From Eledone cirrhosa (taxonomy: Eukaryota), in the NCBI GenBank assembly GCA_964016885.1, contig OZ024740.1, forward strand, positions 198,152,001-198,216,000: a stretch of DNA of 64,000 bases. Direction: 5' to 3'. Below are positions 1 through 15,275 of this stretch, in pieces (position 1 is the first letter of the stretch; every line of letters begins with the position of its first letter). The position numbers and the translations under genes are program-made. The notes beneath the pieces were generated by a model. That model ran no database searches, was not told the origin of the DNA, and was given only the letters and a program-made list of their open reading frames with translations.

Positions 1-240
1 GGAGAAATACACAAGATAGTACTAATGGGAACTGCCCATATACTAAGGAAGATCCTGTCAATATAAGTACATCACAAGTCTAAACACTAAGGATGCATGT
101 GTGAATATGTATGTTCTTTCTTGAACATGGCGGACCTTGTTGTCTCTTGAGGTCACTGGTTGTGATTTGGTGATAACTCGTATAAACATAAAGCAAGATA
201 AATGCAAATAATAATAATAATAATAATAAGAAGAAGAAGA
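1..240 (+). mobile_element. 3' end of an R4/Dong-like (REL-endonuclease) non-LTR retrotransposon ending in a (TAA)n/(GAA)n tract
   Basis: Bases 1-66 translate to GEIHKIVLMGTAHILRKILSI*, matching the usual C-terminus of R4/Dong-type ORFs. A short 3' UTR follows, then (TAA)n at ~207-228, the known Dong target repeat. Confidence 0.7.
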
Positions 241-864
241 AGAAAAAGACGAAGAAGGAGAAAAAGAGGTGCAGCGAAGATAAATAAAAAACAACAACCA
301 AGAATAGCAAGTAGAACAAAGCAGAAAACAACAACAAAACACATATACAACAATACCAAAAAGGAAATTATTCTTTTAAATGCTAAGCAGAAGACCAAAT
401 AATAACATCAATAATAACATAAGTAAAATATAAATTTAAATTTAATAAAGAAGAGCTTCTTTAAAAACAACAATCTCATACTCGTAAATCATCACGGCTA
501 GTCTACATATAGCAAAAGGGTGATAATTAAATAAACCAGTAGATATTATCACTCTTCCATAAAAACGAAAGTAAAAACAAAATATCGAAGTGGACATTCA
601 AATTAAAAATATCGAAATTTATGTTCGATGAATACTTTCATAACGTTTACAGACACTTCCTCCCCCATACACACACATACACACACACACAAATATATAT
701 ATAGATATATATTTCCTTCTATATCGCTAACACCACCAACAAATTGAATGAACCACAGCCAAACCTAAGTTACCAGAGACACAATACTAAGTAGACATCC
801 GAAAGACAACGCCCACTGCAAGCAACATGATATATATTTATATATATATACACACACATACACA

Positions 865-953
<89 letters not shown>

Positions 954-956
954 CTG

Positions 957-989
<33 letters not shown>

Positions 990-1068
990 GGGGTCGTGAA
1001 GTATGAAATTTGTAGGAAATTGTAGAAAAACGATACAAATCTCTACTAATTTTATACTTGACGACCCA

Positions 1069-1099
<31 letters not shown>

Positions 1100-1324
1100 A
1101 GAGAGAATATCTGTGTTTATGTGTCTCTGTGTGAATGTTGTGTTGTGGCTCAGTGTTTTGTTGAGAATGTCTCGACTGCTGTTAATAAACCACTGGAGAT
1201 TTATACTCAAGATTATCTCACAAGCCTCCTATTAATCTTAAGAATACAGAAAACCCCCCACAAATACGTTTAATTGTATATGAATATATATATATTTGTA
1301 TACACACACACACGCACACACACA

Positions 1325-1368
<44 letters not shown>

Positions 1369-1502
1369 TTGACGGAACTAGCATGGGTATTACTGCTATG
1401 ACCCGTTGCATCTTAGCGTACTCAATAGGTATTGTTAAATAAACTCCCATAGATAATCGGTTCAAGGCACGTAAACGGGTACCTTCAATTATTCTCAAAC
1501 TC

Positions 1503-1548
<46 letters not shown>

Positions 1549-1719
1549 TATATAGAGAAACATGTAATATGTTAATAAATGTGAGATGAAGCAACACTGA
1601 TTCCTCCTTCTTTATAGTATTATACTCTGCTCTGCGCGAATATCGAGTGCTCAACCTGCACACCGCCTATGGACGCTTTTACCTTGCAACCCTACAACTA
1701 TATATATATATATATATAT

Positions 1720-2511
1720 ACAAGTATATAAATGTATATATACACGCGTATATCAGGTCATTGGCTTTGTTGTGCACAGTGACTGATTCACAGTAGCCAT
1801 TGGAGAATGTTGTGTTACCATCTGCTGTAAAGGAGTCATGCAGGAAAATGGCAGTTTCACCCTTCCTTCTGCTAACACGATCCGCGCGGATGATTGTGAA
1901 ATTACTCACTCTTACTTCGGCCTCCAAGTGGGAGTTGTCAAGGTGGGTCTCAGTAAGAATGAAGAAGGGGATGTGAAATAGATGGTTACCAACCCAATCC
2001 TCAATGAATTGCATCTTCCATTTCTGTGCATTGATGGATGGGCTGATACCTTCGGTATTGAGTAAAAATGTGGAGGCTAGTGTGGTGGATGGTTTTAACT
2101 GTTGCATGGGGCTTGTTTTGAGATTGTGTGTTAGTGACAGCAACGATGGTGTTGGGTGATGGCTAAAATGTTTTTCTGTCTCTCTTTTGCTAAAAAAGAA
2201 AAATTTTCGTGTTCAGTTTTTAATTGGATTTGTGGTTACAACACTGGATAGGGTTGCAGTTCCCTCGTTTGTTCTTGTATCTGTTGTAATTGTGTCTTTG
2301 TGGAAATACTGGAGCACCATTAATTTTGTTGTTGTTGTATTTGTTGTTTTAATCATGTCTTTGTGAGACAGACGACTGGAGCAGCATTACTGCAGCAGGG
2401 GTAGCTTTATTGTGGTTTGTGTGTTGGCATGGAGCCCCTTTACTGTTCGTGCATTGTGTCCCGGGAAGATAGGTGAAGGGACAGTCAGTCAGGAGACATA
2501 GTCTCTCACGT

Positions 2512-2512
<1 letters not shown>
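1720..2512 (-). mobile_element. LINE fragment with apurinic-type endonuclease (APE) N-terminus, between (TA)n tracts
   Basis: ORF 1679-2143: FLLNTEGI...FFILTETHL...IIRADRVSRRKGETAIFL, the APE motifs (L.ET.L; R.DR..R.GG.AI). Truncated by (TA)n. Confidence 0.75.
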
Positions 2513-2542
<30 letters not shown>

Positions 2543-2571
2543 TCATATATATATATACATATATATATATA

Positions 2572-2664
<93 letters not shown>

Positions 2665-2704
2665 CGTGAGAGACTATGTCTCCTGACTGACTCTCCCTTC
2701 ACCT
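2471..2704. repeat. 42-bp inverted repeat bracketing a (TA)n tract
   Basis: 2471-2512 (aggtgaagggacagtc...ctcacgtt) is the reverse complement of 2663-2704, with one mismatch. Confidence 0.9.
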
Positions 2705-2757
2705 TAAAATAATTAAGTCAAATATTTAAAATTTGGCTTTCGTTTATTAAAGATGTA

Positions 2758-2810
2758 CTGCTATATATATTTCGGTGACAGCCATCCTTGGCTGTGACCT
2801 CTTCAGGCAG
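2758..2810 (-). ncRNA. Minimal type I hammerhead ribozyme, family B
   Basis: Minus strand: ctgc CUGAAGA GGUcACAGCC-aaggau-GGCUGUcACC GAAA U-AUAU-A UA^ gcag. Stems I and II pair; stem III is palindromic. Confidence 0.85.
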
Positions 2811-3671
2811 ACCGAATTGGTGTGGTAGCGACGGGTACACATGTTGTTGAAATGTTTAACTCCGTCAATACTCTGATATGCCCAGTTCCTGGTTGGGTTG
2901 TTATTTCTCTGAGGAACTGGAATCTTATGAATTCGAACAAACAAATTTCGGCGTCAAAGGACACTCTCTCCTTCCATTGAGAACATTCCTCAGTCAAAAG
3001 TCTATAGAAATTTTCCTGAGGCAAGGCAATCTGTTGTGTTTGTTTTTGTTAAGTACAGCTGACCTTGTGTTGGTAGTGGTGTTGGTGTTAGGGGATCGTT
3101 AGCCAGGTCAGCTTTAGTTCGGCTGCGGCTATTTTTAGAAGAATTTGTGTGTGTGTTGGCATCTATCCTGCCACCATATCTCGTGGTGGTGGTCGGGTGT
3201 GGTGGGGGGGGGGGGGGGGGGGGTCCCGAACAGATGAAAGAATAAGATAAAGTAAAATGGAGAAGTAAAAGAATATAAGGCAATAAAATGAAGAAAATAA
3301 AAAAATAAAAAAATAATAAAAAAATTAAAATAATAAAATAATAAAAGAATAAAATAAAATGATAAAATAAAATGCGTGTGTGATATAACCAATCTCAAAG
3401 TTTGAAAGATTGGAAGATATTGACCGAAGTAGAAAGACTGTGTCAGAATCAAGCAGTGCAAAGGATCACAATCTTTACACTATCATGATGTGGTGCGTTT
3501 TAAGAGCAAATGAGACAAGGGTGGAGTGTAAAACACCAGAACCCGAATGTTAAAATCCGGAAATGCACAGGACTACAGTTCCTATTTCGGCATAGAGTAC
3601 ATCTGCGTGTATGTCAACTCACATCGTTCCAACCGCACACACACAGGTACAGGCCCAGATGCATCCCCTAT

Positions 3672-3705
<34 letters not shown>

Positions 3706-3916
3706 TATAACCCCCACCCCACACATATATGCACACACCCACACCCACACACACACATGTAAGTATCTGTGAATGTACAATCTTAAATAACAGTGTCTAT
3801 GTATGGACATATGCATAAGTATGTGTTGTCACTGGAGTCGATCGAGTCAGGGGGTGGTTTACCGTGGGCTCGGTATGGTGGGGCTGCTGTGCTTATAGCT
3901 AGAGGGAAGTTTAAAT

Positions 3917-4083
3917 CTCAATGTGTTGTTATTGTCCATATAGCTTGAGGAAGGTCCCGGCCCTGAGGTGTCTACATGTCCCGGAGATGTCCCTATAGCT
4001 TGAGGGAAGTTCCCATCCCAATGTGTTGTTACTGTCCATATAGCTTGAGGAAGTTCCCGGCCCTGAGGTGTCTACATGTCCCG
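3917..4083. repeat. ~100-bp tandem duplication of the PLE ORF end
   Basis: caatgtgttgtta..tgtccatatagcttgaggaa..tcccggccctgaggtgtctacatgtcccg at ~3920 and ~4019. Confidence 0.8.
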
Positions 4084-6625
4084 AAGAAGTTAGTTCTGAG
4101 GTTTATCTCCAGGGTCTCGCTTAGACATACTTTGCAGATGCCAGGTGGTACTTTCCTGATTTTGGACCAGGCCAGAGAGTACGGGGTCCTGGCCAGCTTT
4201 AGCTTCCAGATTAGTTCGGAAAGTGCCGTACTTTTCCTTTTGTCCTCCCTATTAAAGGAATGGCGATGGTTATACCATCGGTCTTTAAAGCTCGTTGATA
4301 TGACTCCTATGTAAAGGTGTTCAGAGTTGGGGTTTTTTACTCTACATCCGTATATTAAGTTCTTCCTAAGGCATTAATTACTAAGGGGTTTCTGCAGTTG
4401 CAGGAGGTAGTCAACCTCCGCCTGCCTAGTGTGGGGTTCCCGTTACGTATTATATGGTGGTCTTCTCCCGGGCCCGGTGGGGAAGAGGCGTCCCTGGGCT
4501 GTTTGGGTTTCCAGGGTGGGAACTGGGTCCACCCTCTTTCCCTCCACATGGTTCTGCTGGGTGCTTATATTGCCAGCTTCTGGTTGTGTGTGGTTTTTAA
4601 GTCTACCCATATTGATGCTAGCTATGTGCTGGGCCACATTTCGCGTGGTAGAATACGAGAGCTTCACAGTGTCTGTTGAAGATCTTGTGGTATCTATGGT
4701 CCATCGGGAAGCATTTATCTAGTGCTCTAAAGAATGAGCGGGCCAAGCTGTTCTTTAGGGCCGCTGAGTAGGGTGGGTTGTACCACTGATTTTTCTGCGT
4801 CTACTCCTATGTGGGTGGGTTGCGCGAGCCGTGGGCTGTTGGGGAGTTGTTAGGTTGCTAGTGGTTCCCGCATTGCTGCCTCCCCTTCGGGCGCTATGTG
4901 TTTTGCTAACTTCCCGGCTCGAATCTGTGGGGTGGTTGTTGCCCACGCTTGGGGTTCTACAATGGGATGGTCTTCCATCAGTACCTCTACGTGTCTTGTG
5001 GTGTGGGGGGCGTCGGGCCCGAGGTGGATAGTATCACCCCTGAGACCGCTACTCCTATTGGGTTTCCTCTCATGGTTATGCGTACGCGTCCCCCTCGCCC
5101 ATGTGGTGGTGTCGGGCTCATGGTGTTTAGTTGTTTCCATTCTGCCTGTATTGTTAGGGTTCGCCCCCTTCCGGATACAGTGGGTCGGGTGTCCGGTGGG
5201 CCATCCCCATCATGGCGCCTCGGATTATATGATATATTTTGGCAATGCGCCGCCTTATTTAGAGCTGCGTTATAATATTCTGCGTTGCTATCAAAGATTT
5301 CCTTATTTATGGACAGGCTGGAGTTCCTGTCCGAGACACTCTTCACTACGGCCTTAATTATGGATCTAAGGTGGTTTGACTTGGGGTTACCATATACAAG
5401 TTTCTAGTTGAGATTGTAGTAGGGGTAGTATTGCTCGGTGTTTAGACTGGTGTCTAGGAAGTTAACTACTTTTCTATTTGGGTCTAGTTCGATACTGAGC
5501 CCCTGGTTCTTAAATAAATGCCGAATACGCCTCTTCATTCTCTCCACCATAGACTGTGAAGAGAGCATCGTCACGATACAATCCGCCACCCAGGCAGGGG
5601 ATTTCTTCTTTTATCCGCTTCAACAGGAAGAGCCCAACCAGGTCCGCTACCTGTGCGGAGTCGCTCGAGCCCATCGTGATGTCAAAGTTATTTGGCCAAT
5701 CACTCCTGGTCCAAAGGTCTCCGTATTAGACATCGATAAAAAAGGGCCTTATTGAGTACTATGGGCGAGGTTGAGGAGTTGTAGCCTGCGATATCCAGTT
5801 GGATAAAGCTGGTCCTACTTTTTCCAGGTAGTATCTTAAACCTTTCTATTACCTCTCCCTGCATGACCATTGCTGTAATCTAGTTTTTTTTCAGAAGCTT
5901 AGACAAAACCCTATCTAGTATGCTTTTACTGACGATCCCTAGGTCGGATCTGGAGGGGGCTATTAGTCTAACAGGGAGGTCGGACTCAAAGTTTGGCTTG
6001 TGATCTTTAAGGGTAATCCGCGGCTCCCTTGGTTGGTATGGGGCCGTCCTGTCCTCTATGCCGAGTTCGGATATAATCCTGTAAGCTGTGGCGTTGATCT
6101 CATCCATGGTAAATCCAGGTGTTTTTTTGTAGCATTTCCTCAGTTCCCTGAGAATTATCTTATTATACAGTTATATATATGTCCATGTTGTAGAGGTTGT
6201 TGGTTTTATCGGCATGGACAAGTATTCCAGTTGTCTCTTTAAGTTTTGTAATCCCGTTTCCCAGGTGTCCAAGGTACTCCTGACTCCTGGGTGGGTTTCC
6301 AGAGAATTTGAGATTGGAGATAATGTTAATCATCTCGTTTTCGAACTCCTCCATTAGGCTGTTGGGGGAGGGTTCCTCCTTGATCTAAAAAGGTACTCCA
6401 TGTTTTGGGTGTTGGTAATTTTAGGCGTTCCTCTTTCAAAGTAGAACGCCTGCCATCTCATCCTACGGACAAGGAAGTCCGTACTCCTGATGAGATCACT
6501 GGTGTATTCTCGTTTGCCAGGTATATTCTCGTTTACATTACTCCGGAGTAACCAAACCAACCTGCGCACTTCGTCGAGTGCTCCAATCTGCATACTGAAG
6601 TGTCGGTAAACAACCAACATATACA

Positions 6626-6670
<45 letters not shown>

Positions 6671-6960
6671 CGGCGTTGTTTGACTACACAAGATGTTTAC
6701 GTAGTTGTTGTGTTCCGTTGGCCTAGAGTATTAATAATAAAGGAGTGAAGAATAACACGTATCAGCTGTACAGTAGGGTTTATTCCAAGTATCAACAAAT
6801 GTTTCATTGGACCAGTGTGTCTAAAAATCACTATCTGTAGCACCACCGGCAAAATTGTCAAATTGACAACGTGGCTGGTGGTAACTGTAACTTAAAATCG
6901 AATGTCATGGTAGCACTACAGATAACGATTTTATATATATAGCGATATATATATATATAG

Positions 6961-7061
<101 letters not shown>

Positions 7062-7101
7062 GATATTAAATCAATGGAAACTATATTTATAAAACCATAT
7101 T

Positions 7102-7167
7102 TATTTCATTATATATATTTCAGGGATATCATATTAACAATATGTTATGCCTTCTTCAGACAAAATA
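7102..7167 (-). ncRNA. Minimal type I hammerhead ribozyme, family A (left-arm copy)
   Basis: Reverse complement of the HHR at 7333-7398. Confidence 0.8.
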
Positions 7168-7332
7168 CAATATAGACAGTTTTATAAATAAATAGATTTG
7201 ACATACCGTTCAACATCGACTTGTATTTGAAAAGTTGATTTGGCAGTCAAAATCTGCCAAATCAACTTTTCAAATACAAGTCGATGTTGAACGGTATGTC
7301 AAATCTATTTATTTATAAAACTGTCTATATTG

Positions 7333-7398
7333 TATTTTGTCTGAAGAAGGCATAACATATTGTTAATATGATATCCCTGAAATATATATAATGAAATA
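7333..7398 (+). ncRNA. Minimal type I hammerhead ribozyme, family A
   Basis: uauuuugu CUGAAGA agg...ccu GAAA U-AUAU-A UA^ augaaaua. Stem I is 8 bp with 2 G-U pairs. Predicted cleavage after 7390; AATAAA overlaps the end. Confidence 0.8.
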
Positions 7399-7525
7399 AA
7401 TATGGTTTTATAAATATAGTTTCCATTGATTTAATATCGTAAATATACTCCAAATACTTGTTGAGTGCTTTTATATCCGTTATAAATATTTACTAGTTGT
7501 AACCCAACAATTTAAATATAACTTT

Positions 7526-7701
<176 letters not shown>

Positions 7702-7734
7702 CTGTGTGTATAGTTTTATATATATATATATATA

Positions 7735-8281
7735 TTGTTATACTTTGGGAGGGTCATGTTGCCAATAAGAAACACACGCACCAGCTGCTTTCACTTCAAT
7801 TTATTATATATTTATAAATTTACAAATTTATAAATTTCTGGTTGGTTGGTTGGTTCCACAACCAGATAGTTGTTTATATATAGTCATAGTCCTTTCGTCA
7901 CACACTCTGTGACATCTTCAGTGACTGGGGATTCCTTTTTTTGTTTCTGTGCCTCTCCTTTGTTCTGTCCTACGCCATTTTGAGTAGGACAGAACAAAGG
8001 AGAGGCACAGAAACAAAAAAAAAGGAATCCCCAGTCACTGAAGAGGTCACAGAGTGTGTGACGAAAGGACTATGACTATATATAAACAACTATCTGGTTG
8101 TGGAACCAACCAACCAACCAGAAATTTATAAATTTGTAAATTTATTAATATATAATAAATTGAAGTGAAAGCAACTGGTGCGTGTGTTTCTTATTGGCAA
8201 CATGACCCTCCCAAAGTATAACAATATCGGTTTCAACACACGATTTCAGATAAAGAATCTTGCTAAACAAATTCAGAAACG

Positions 8282-8284
<3 letters not shown>
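7735..8284. mobile_element. Palindromic pLTR-like element, family C, with an HHR on each strand
   Basis: Arms 7735-7973 and 7984-8224, 10-nt spacer, tail 8225-8284. HHR on + at 8033-8077: aguca CUGAAGA gGUCACA-gagug-UGUGAC GAAAG-ga-CUA^ ugacu. Mirror copy on - at 7882-7926. Confidence 0.9.
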
Positions 8285-8339
<55 letters not shown>

Positions 8340-8527
8340 AATGATGCGCTGATCCATACACATGCTATAATGTAGGGTGAAAACCCTGAAAGACGGTGGA
8401 AATGGTGTCATGGCCCGTTAGCTTAATTATTAAAGCGTCATGGTTGAAAAGTACATGTATTGTTTGTATAAATGTATATATGTATGTATATGTATCTCTC
8501 CCTCTATCTGTACACACACATACACAA

Positions 8528-8596
<69 letters not shown>

Positions 8597-9136
8597 TATA
8601 CATATATATATATATGAAGTGAGTTTTATTGAGTTTTCATAATAAAATACATGGAACTCTTTTAACCATCTTTTGATTTTATATTATATATATATATATG
8701 TGCGTATGTATATTTATGTATTTGTATATGTAAATGTATATTTCAGAATACAATACACGATATTCTCGTGACAACCTCTTTGAGAAAATAGGTGATAAAT
8801 GAAGTCGATGAGGCCTTGATAAAGATTTCCAACTCATGCTGAATTACACGAAATCTTGCATACATTGGTTATAATTAAAGTATTGTCTGAAATTGTTCCC
8901 TCTTACTCCATATCACTGTGTCTTTCTTTTTCGCTCCCTGTATTTCGCTGAATTTTAATTAATTTAAAATATATTCAATCGATATTTTTCCATGTTTTAA
9001 ATGTTTTCTAATAACATTACTAATAATCTAAGTGAGATGACTTTTTTAAAGATAAATTTACACTATTTACCAATAACTATGTATTTACAAAAATTTATTT
9101 ATAAATATGTATGCGGATTGTTCTGAAGTGTATGCG

Positions 9137-9793
9137 GATTCTTCAATGATTGGTAGTTCCAATAAGAATTCTTCCCCATACGAAACCATGGTAGGGAGAT
9201 CTATATATAACTGAGGTTAGATAGAAAACTTTTTTAGTCTATCTTGTTTGTACTCCCATAATTAGAGATTTTTCTCACTTAATTTTAATACATAACATTG
9301 CTTCTCTGAGACCTTTCTCTCATTGAGATGTTTAATTATTAGAGGGTAATTAACCTTTAATAAATATTAATCTGCTCCTTAATTTGTCGAGCTGTACCAG
9401 ACAGTAATTTGGCTGTTATTTCTAGTTCCATGATAAGCCTGTCAAGTAGTCCTAATATGCTAGAAGATTTTGATAACGAAACACTACGCGCGTTTTTGTT
9501 CTGCCTCGGCGAAGGAAACAGTATGTATTATATCTTGTTCAAATTCTCTTAGCTCTTGAAGAATTAAACTCCCCTGATTCTTCAAATATTGGTGGCTCCA
9601 ATAAGAATTTTTCCCCATATGAAACCATAGTAGTAAGATCTATATAGGAGTGAGGTTAGAATACTTCCTAGTCTATCTAGTTTGTACACCTATAATTAGA
9701 GTTTTTCCTCATTTAATTTTAATATATAATATCGCTTCTCTGACAGATTTCTCTCATTGAAATGTTCAAGTATTAGATACTAATTAACCTTTA
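9137..9793. repeat. Diverged ~220-bp direct repeat pair
   Basis: gattcttcaa..ttgg..ccaataagaatt..ccccata.gaaaccat...taattaacctttaat at ~9137-9362 and ~9577-9795. Confidence 0.8.
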
Positions 9794-9810
9794 ATTAATT
9801 AATATATATA

Positions 9811-11914
<2,104 letters not shown>

Positions 11915-13234
11915 CGTGCGTGTGTGTATGTATATGTGTATGTGCATGTGTGTATGTGCGTGTGTGTTTCTATATATATATTTAAATATGATACATATAG
12001 ATTTATATATAACTTTGCACTTGGTAGACATTTTGATGAAGAAGTTCTATTATTTTCCTTTGATTGAATCCAATGTATATCTGTAACCACCAACAACAGT
12101 ATACTATTGTATTTGTTAGAGGTTTGTATTTCTATTTCTGACGTTCTACAGTATTTTTTTCCATCTTTATTTTGTTGCAACGGAATGAATTACTAATGAA
12201 TCGTTCCAGAAACTGCTGCGTACTTGTAATAACTCCCTCCTGAATATGATATAACCGACAATTTTAATTAGACATTGGAGATAGAAGTGTCCATTATCTC
12301 TTTTTGACCACTGAGATTTTATTGAATCTTCTTTCCTTCAACACCATAATAAAAATGCTTGATGAGTTCCATAATACGACATACAGGAATGCACTGAAAA
12401 TAGGCAACACTTCCTATGAACTGTGCCTCGCTTCCATGTCTTTAAAGAGTTAGAAATTATGGTATCACATTCTCTTCATATTTGTGCGATTACTTCACCT
12501 TTATTGTGCGTATATCTTATAATAAAAATAAAAAAATTGAAAATTTAGAAAGGGAGTTAATATATATGTACGGTTTCCATTATTGGGCTGGTGATTAGAA
12601 AACAACTTAGCAAAGATTTTTTATTTAAAAGTAGAATTTGTTTTTTAATAAATATATGCATTTTAAAACAGTTTCAGCGGTCTAGCAGCAAATGAGTTAA
12701 TTTCTCTATTATGTTTATCATCTGTCGCCGAGAACATGCTGTTCAAGTGATACTACATAACACCTGCATGTTTTCTTTACGACTTATTTTAAGCTATTCG
12801 AAGAATTAATACAAGACGGTTTATAAGAAAATGACATGGCGAGGCATTTTTCGTTTATGTTGACATATATAAGTGTACGTGTGTGTCAATGTGGGAATGT
12901 CTCTATGTCTCTATGTATATGTATATGTTATGCATTATTGGTGACATGTACAAGAAATATAATTCTATGATCATATTCAGAGTACATATGTCCTCTTAAG
13001 GGTTTGAGTGATTTGATTACGGCCATTCTCAGGAATCCTAAGAAATGTATTTATTCGGCAACCACACTACTTATGGTATGTACACCTATACAAACTGAAG
13101 GACATGATATAATAGTGGGAGGGCTCAAACGACATGCAAAAGTAACTGAAATCCAACCACAGCCGGCTATTGACACATATTCTTCATTGACCATACTTAA
13201 ATATGGAATGATACATGATACCTCCCCTCCATAG

Positions 13235-13775
13235 CACCGGAGGACCGCAAGGGAGACGCGCTATGGTAGTGAGTAGGTAGCCCTAGGGCCGAGGACACCA
13301 GAAGTCTCTACTGCCTGGGGTACAACCGCAAACCTATCGGAGAGCGACCGATATTTGAGGTGTTTGGCCTCCTCAGCCCGACGTGCAGCAGAACCTGGAT
13401 CAGTCGCAGACTGTACCAGGTTGCGGCTGCAGAAAGAGTCGGGGCAAGTGGCATCCCAGACGAGGGGTTTGCCACCGCGGAACGGGAAGATGGTCATGCC
13501 ATATAGTATTTTGCCGTCCCCTCGGTCCAGCCCCACCGGCTCGAGCTGTGAGGGGAAGCCTGCAGCGTCCAAGCGATGCTTCATGACCTCGTTGAGGGCA
13601 GCATGGCGTGGAAGGCGGCCGGCACTGTGGAGGCAGGAAAGCGGGTGGAGGTCGAAAGAGTCTACGATGGATCCGCAGCGACATTGGTGTGGCTCGCAGA
13701 TGCGGAGGCCGAGCCTCAAGTAAACGCCGATGCGCAGGCTATTGGGGTCTAGCTGCATGCCAGTGGAGAAGGTTA
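13235..13775 (-). mobile_element. CRE-like non-LTR retrotransposon fragment (zinc knuckle plus restriction-like endonuclease)
   Basis: ORF 13261-13758: LRLGL..CRCG..HPLSC..RH..LN..LEP.GLDRGDGK..GMTIFPF..GKPLVWDATC..AEEAK..KY..AVETSGVLG. GC-rich island. Confidence 0.85.
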
Positions 13776-13779
13776 TGAT

Positions 13780-14641
13780 TCCATTCTAGGTTGTATTCCA
13801 TCACGACAGCACATACTGCTTCCCAGCATCATGGATTAAACTTTGAGTTAATGCCGCGAATGTTTGACTATTGGGTAATCAGATAATCCAAGCGTAAAAT
13901 CATCAATGTAGATATAGATAGAGTTTGCTGGATTTATGAATGTGTTAGAAGTGATGAAACAGCGTGGTAAATGTTTAAGATAAACATTCATTAACTCAAG
14001 AAGATTGGTGTCTGATGCAAGCAAATTCCTTCATCGATATCAGATACAACATCTTATGAACTTCGCGTGTTGAGTTACTTATGGCGAACTATAATGTTTA
14101 ATAATTCGCGACTAGTATAACAGCTCTGTACGGCTTTCATTGCAATGGGATGAAAAAGTCTGTAAATGGGTATGCTTGCTCCAAGGAATGGCATAATATT
14201 AGAACACCACATACATATATACACATACATGTATGCCCACGTACATATGTGTGTTGGTATGTCAAATACACACATATATATGTGTATATCCGTGTGGGGA
14301 GCAACACGTGTTGGTTTGTTTTTAATTTTTTTTTCTTCTCTCTTTCTAATCCGATTCAAAAAATTATTTGGCAGTGATGGTCGGTTTTTTCCCCTTCCTT
14401 CTATTTTGTTTCTTTCTCTCGCTCTTCGCGTATATTTTGGTGCGTTATATTTGTGAGGTTCCTATCAATGGTTAATAGCATTTATTATTTGTGGTTACGT
14501 TTCCATTCTAGGATGTATTCCATCATAGCAGCACATTCTGATTCCAGGAATCTTATATTAGACAGTGAATTAATGCCGGGAATGTTTGGAACGCAAAAGT
14601 ATTTGAGTGATGGGTAATCCAAGCGTAAGATCATTAATGTA
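13780..14641. repeat. Diverged ~130-bp direct repeat pair
   Basis: ttccattctagg.tgtattccatca...taatccaagcgtaa.atcat.aatgta at ~13780-13910 and ~14501-14641. Confidence 0.75.
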
Positions 14642-14885
14642 TGGTAAAAAAATCTTAAATAGAGCTTGGAGCAGATGTTACGTTAAGAGAACATTCAGAC
14701 AGAGTAGATGTGGAAAAGTTGAAAATATTTACCACGTTTGGTGTTGAACTTGTAGGTCCAGACATTTTTTTTTTTCAATCACAGGAAAGTGTACACACAT
14801 ACATATATGTATTTATACAGGTACATATATTAATGAACATGTATTTCACGTTAAACGCTGAGGGACATCAGTAAATAATAATAGC

Positions 14886-14960
14886 TGTTTCTACTTTTGG
14901 CACAAGGCCAGCAAAAACCCAGTACATTACTGGTAATTTATTTTATAGACCCCGTAAGGA

Positions 14961-14963
<3 letters not shown>
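14886..14963 (-). mobile_element. 3' fragment of the tRNA-derived SINE family
   Basis: Reverse complement of tcatccttacggggtc.ataaaataaa.taccagtaatgtactggg...gctggccttgtgccaaaagtagaaac. Confidence 0.75.
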
Positions 14964-15004
<41 letters not shown>

Positions 15005-15275
15005 GAAAACAGTCAGGACCCCGACGGCTGAGCTGCGGCCATTTCAACAGCTAGATCCCGAACTAAACCAGCAGCATATATATATAATAGAAAAAAAACG
15101 AGGAAGTTTTGTTTAAATATAGAAAAATATTTATTGTGTATCGACATGTTAAGCGCGTTTTCCAGAGAATTGGCTGAAGGTAACCCATAGGAATTATGGA
15201 CCCGACTCCAGTATCGATCTGCTAGTCAGACTGGTGATGTGACAAAAAATATATATTTGATTATATATATATATA

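Larger units (their letters stand above)
2705..6630 (-). mobile_element. Near-full-length decayed Penelope-like retroelement, Hydra-type (RT plus C-terminal GIY-YIG), with 3' pLTR carrying an HHR and an inverted tail at the other end
   Basis: Frameshifted ORF pieces in order: NIPGKREY..LIRSTDFLVRRMRWQAFYF; ILVHADKTNNLY; ITLKDHKPNF..PVRLIAPSRSDLG; NFDITMGSSDSAQVADLVGL; LYRDDAL (YRDD 5567-5578); KVVNFLD; CNCR linker; LIYGCRV..LYIGVISTSFKDRWYNHRHSF..STALSELIWKLK..CKVCLSE..CRH, stop at 4029-4031. Clade assignment is from remembered motifs. Confidence 0.88.
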
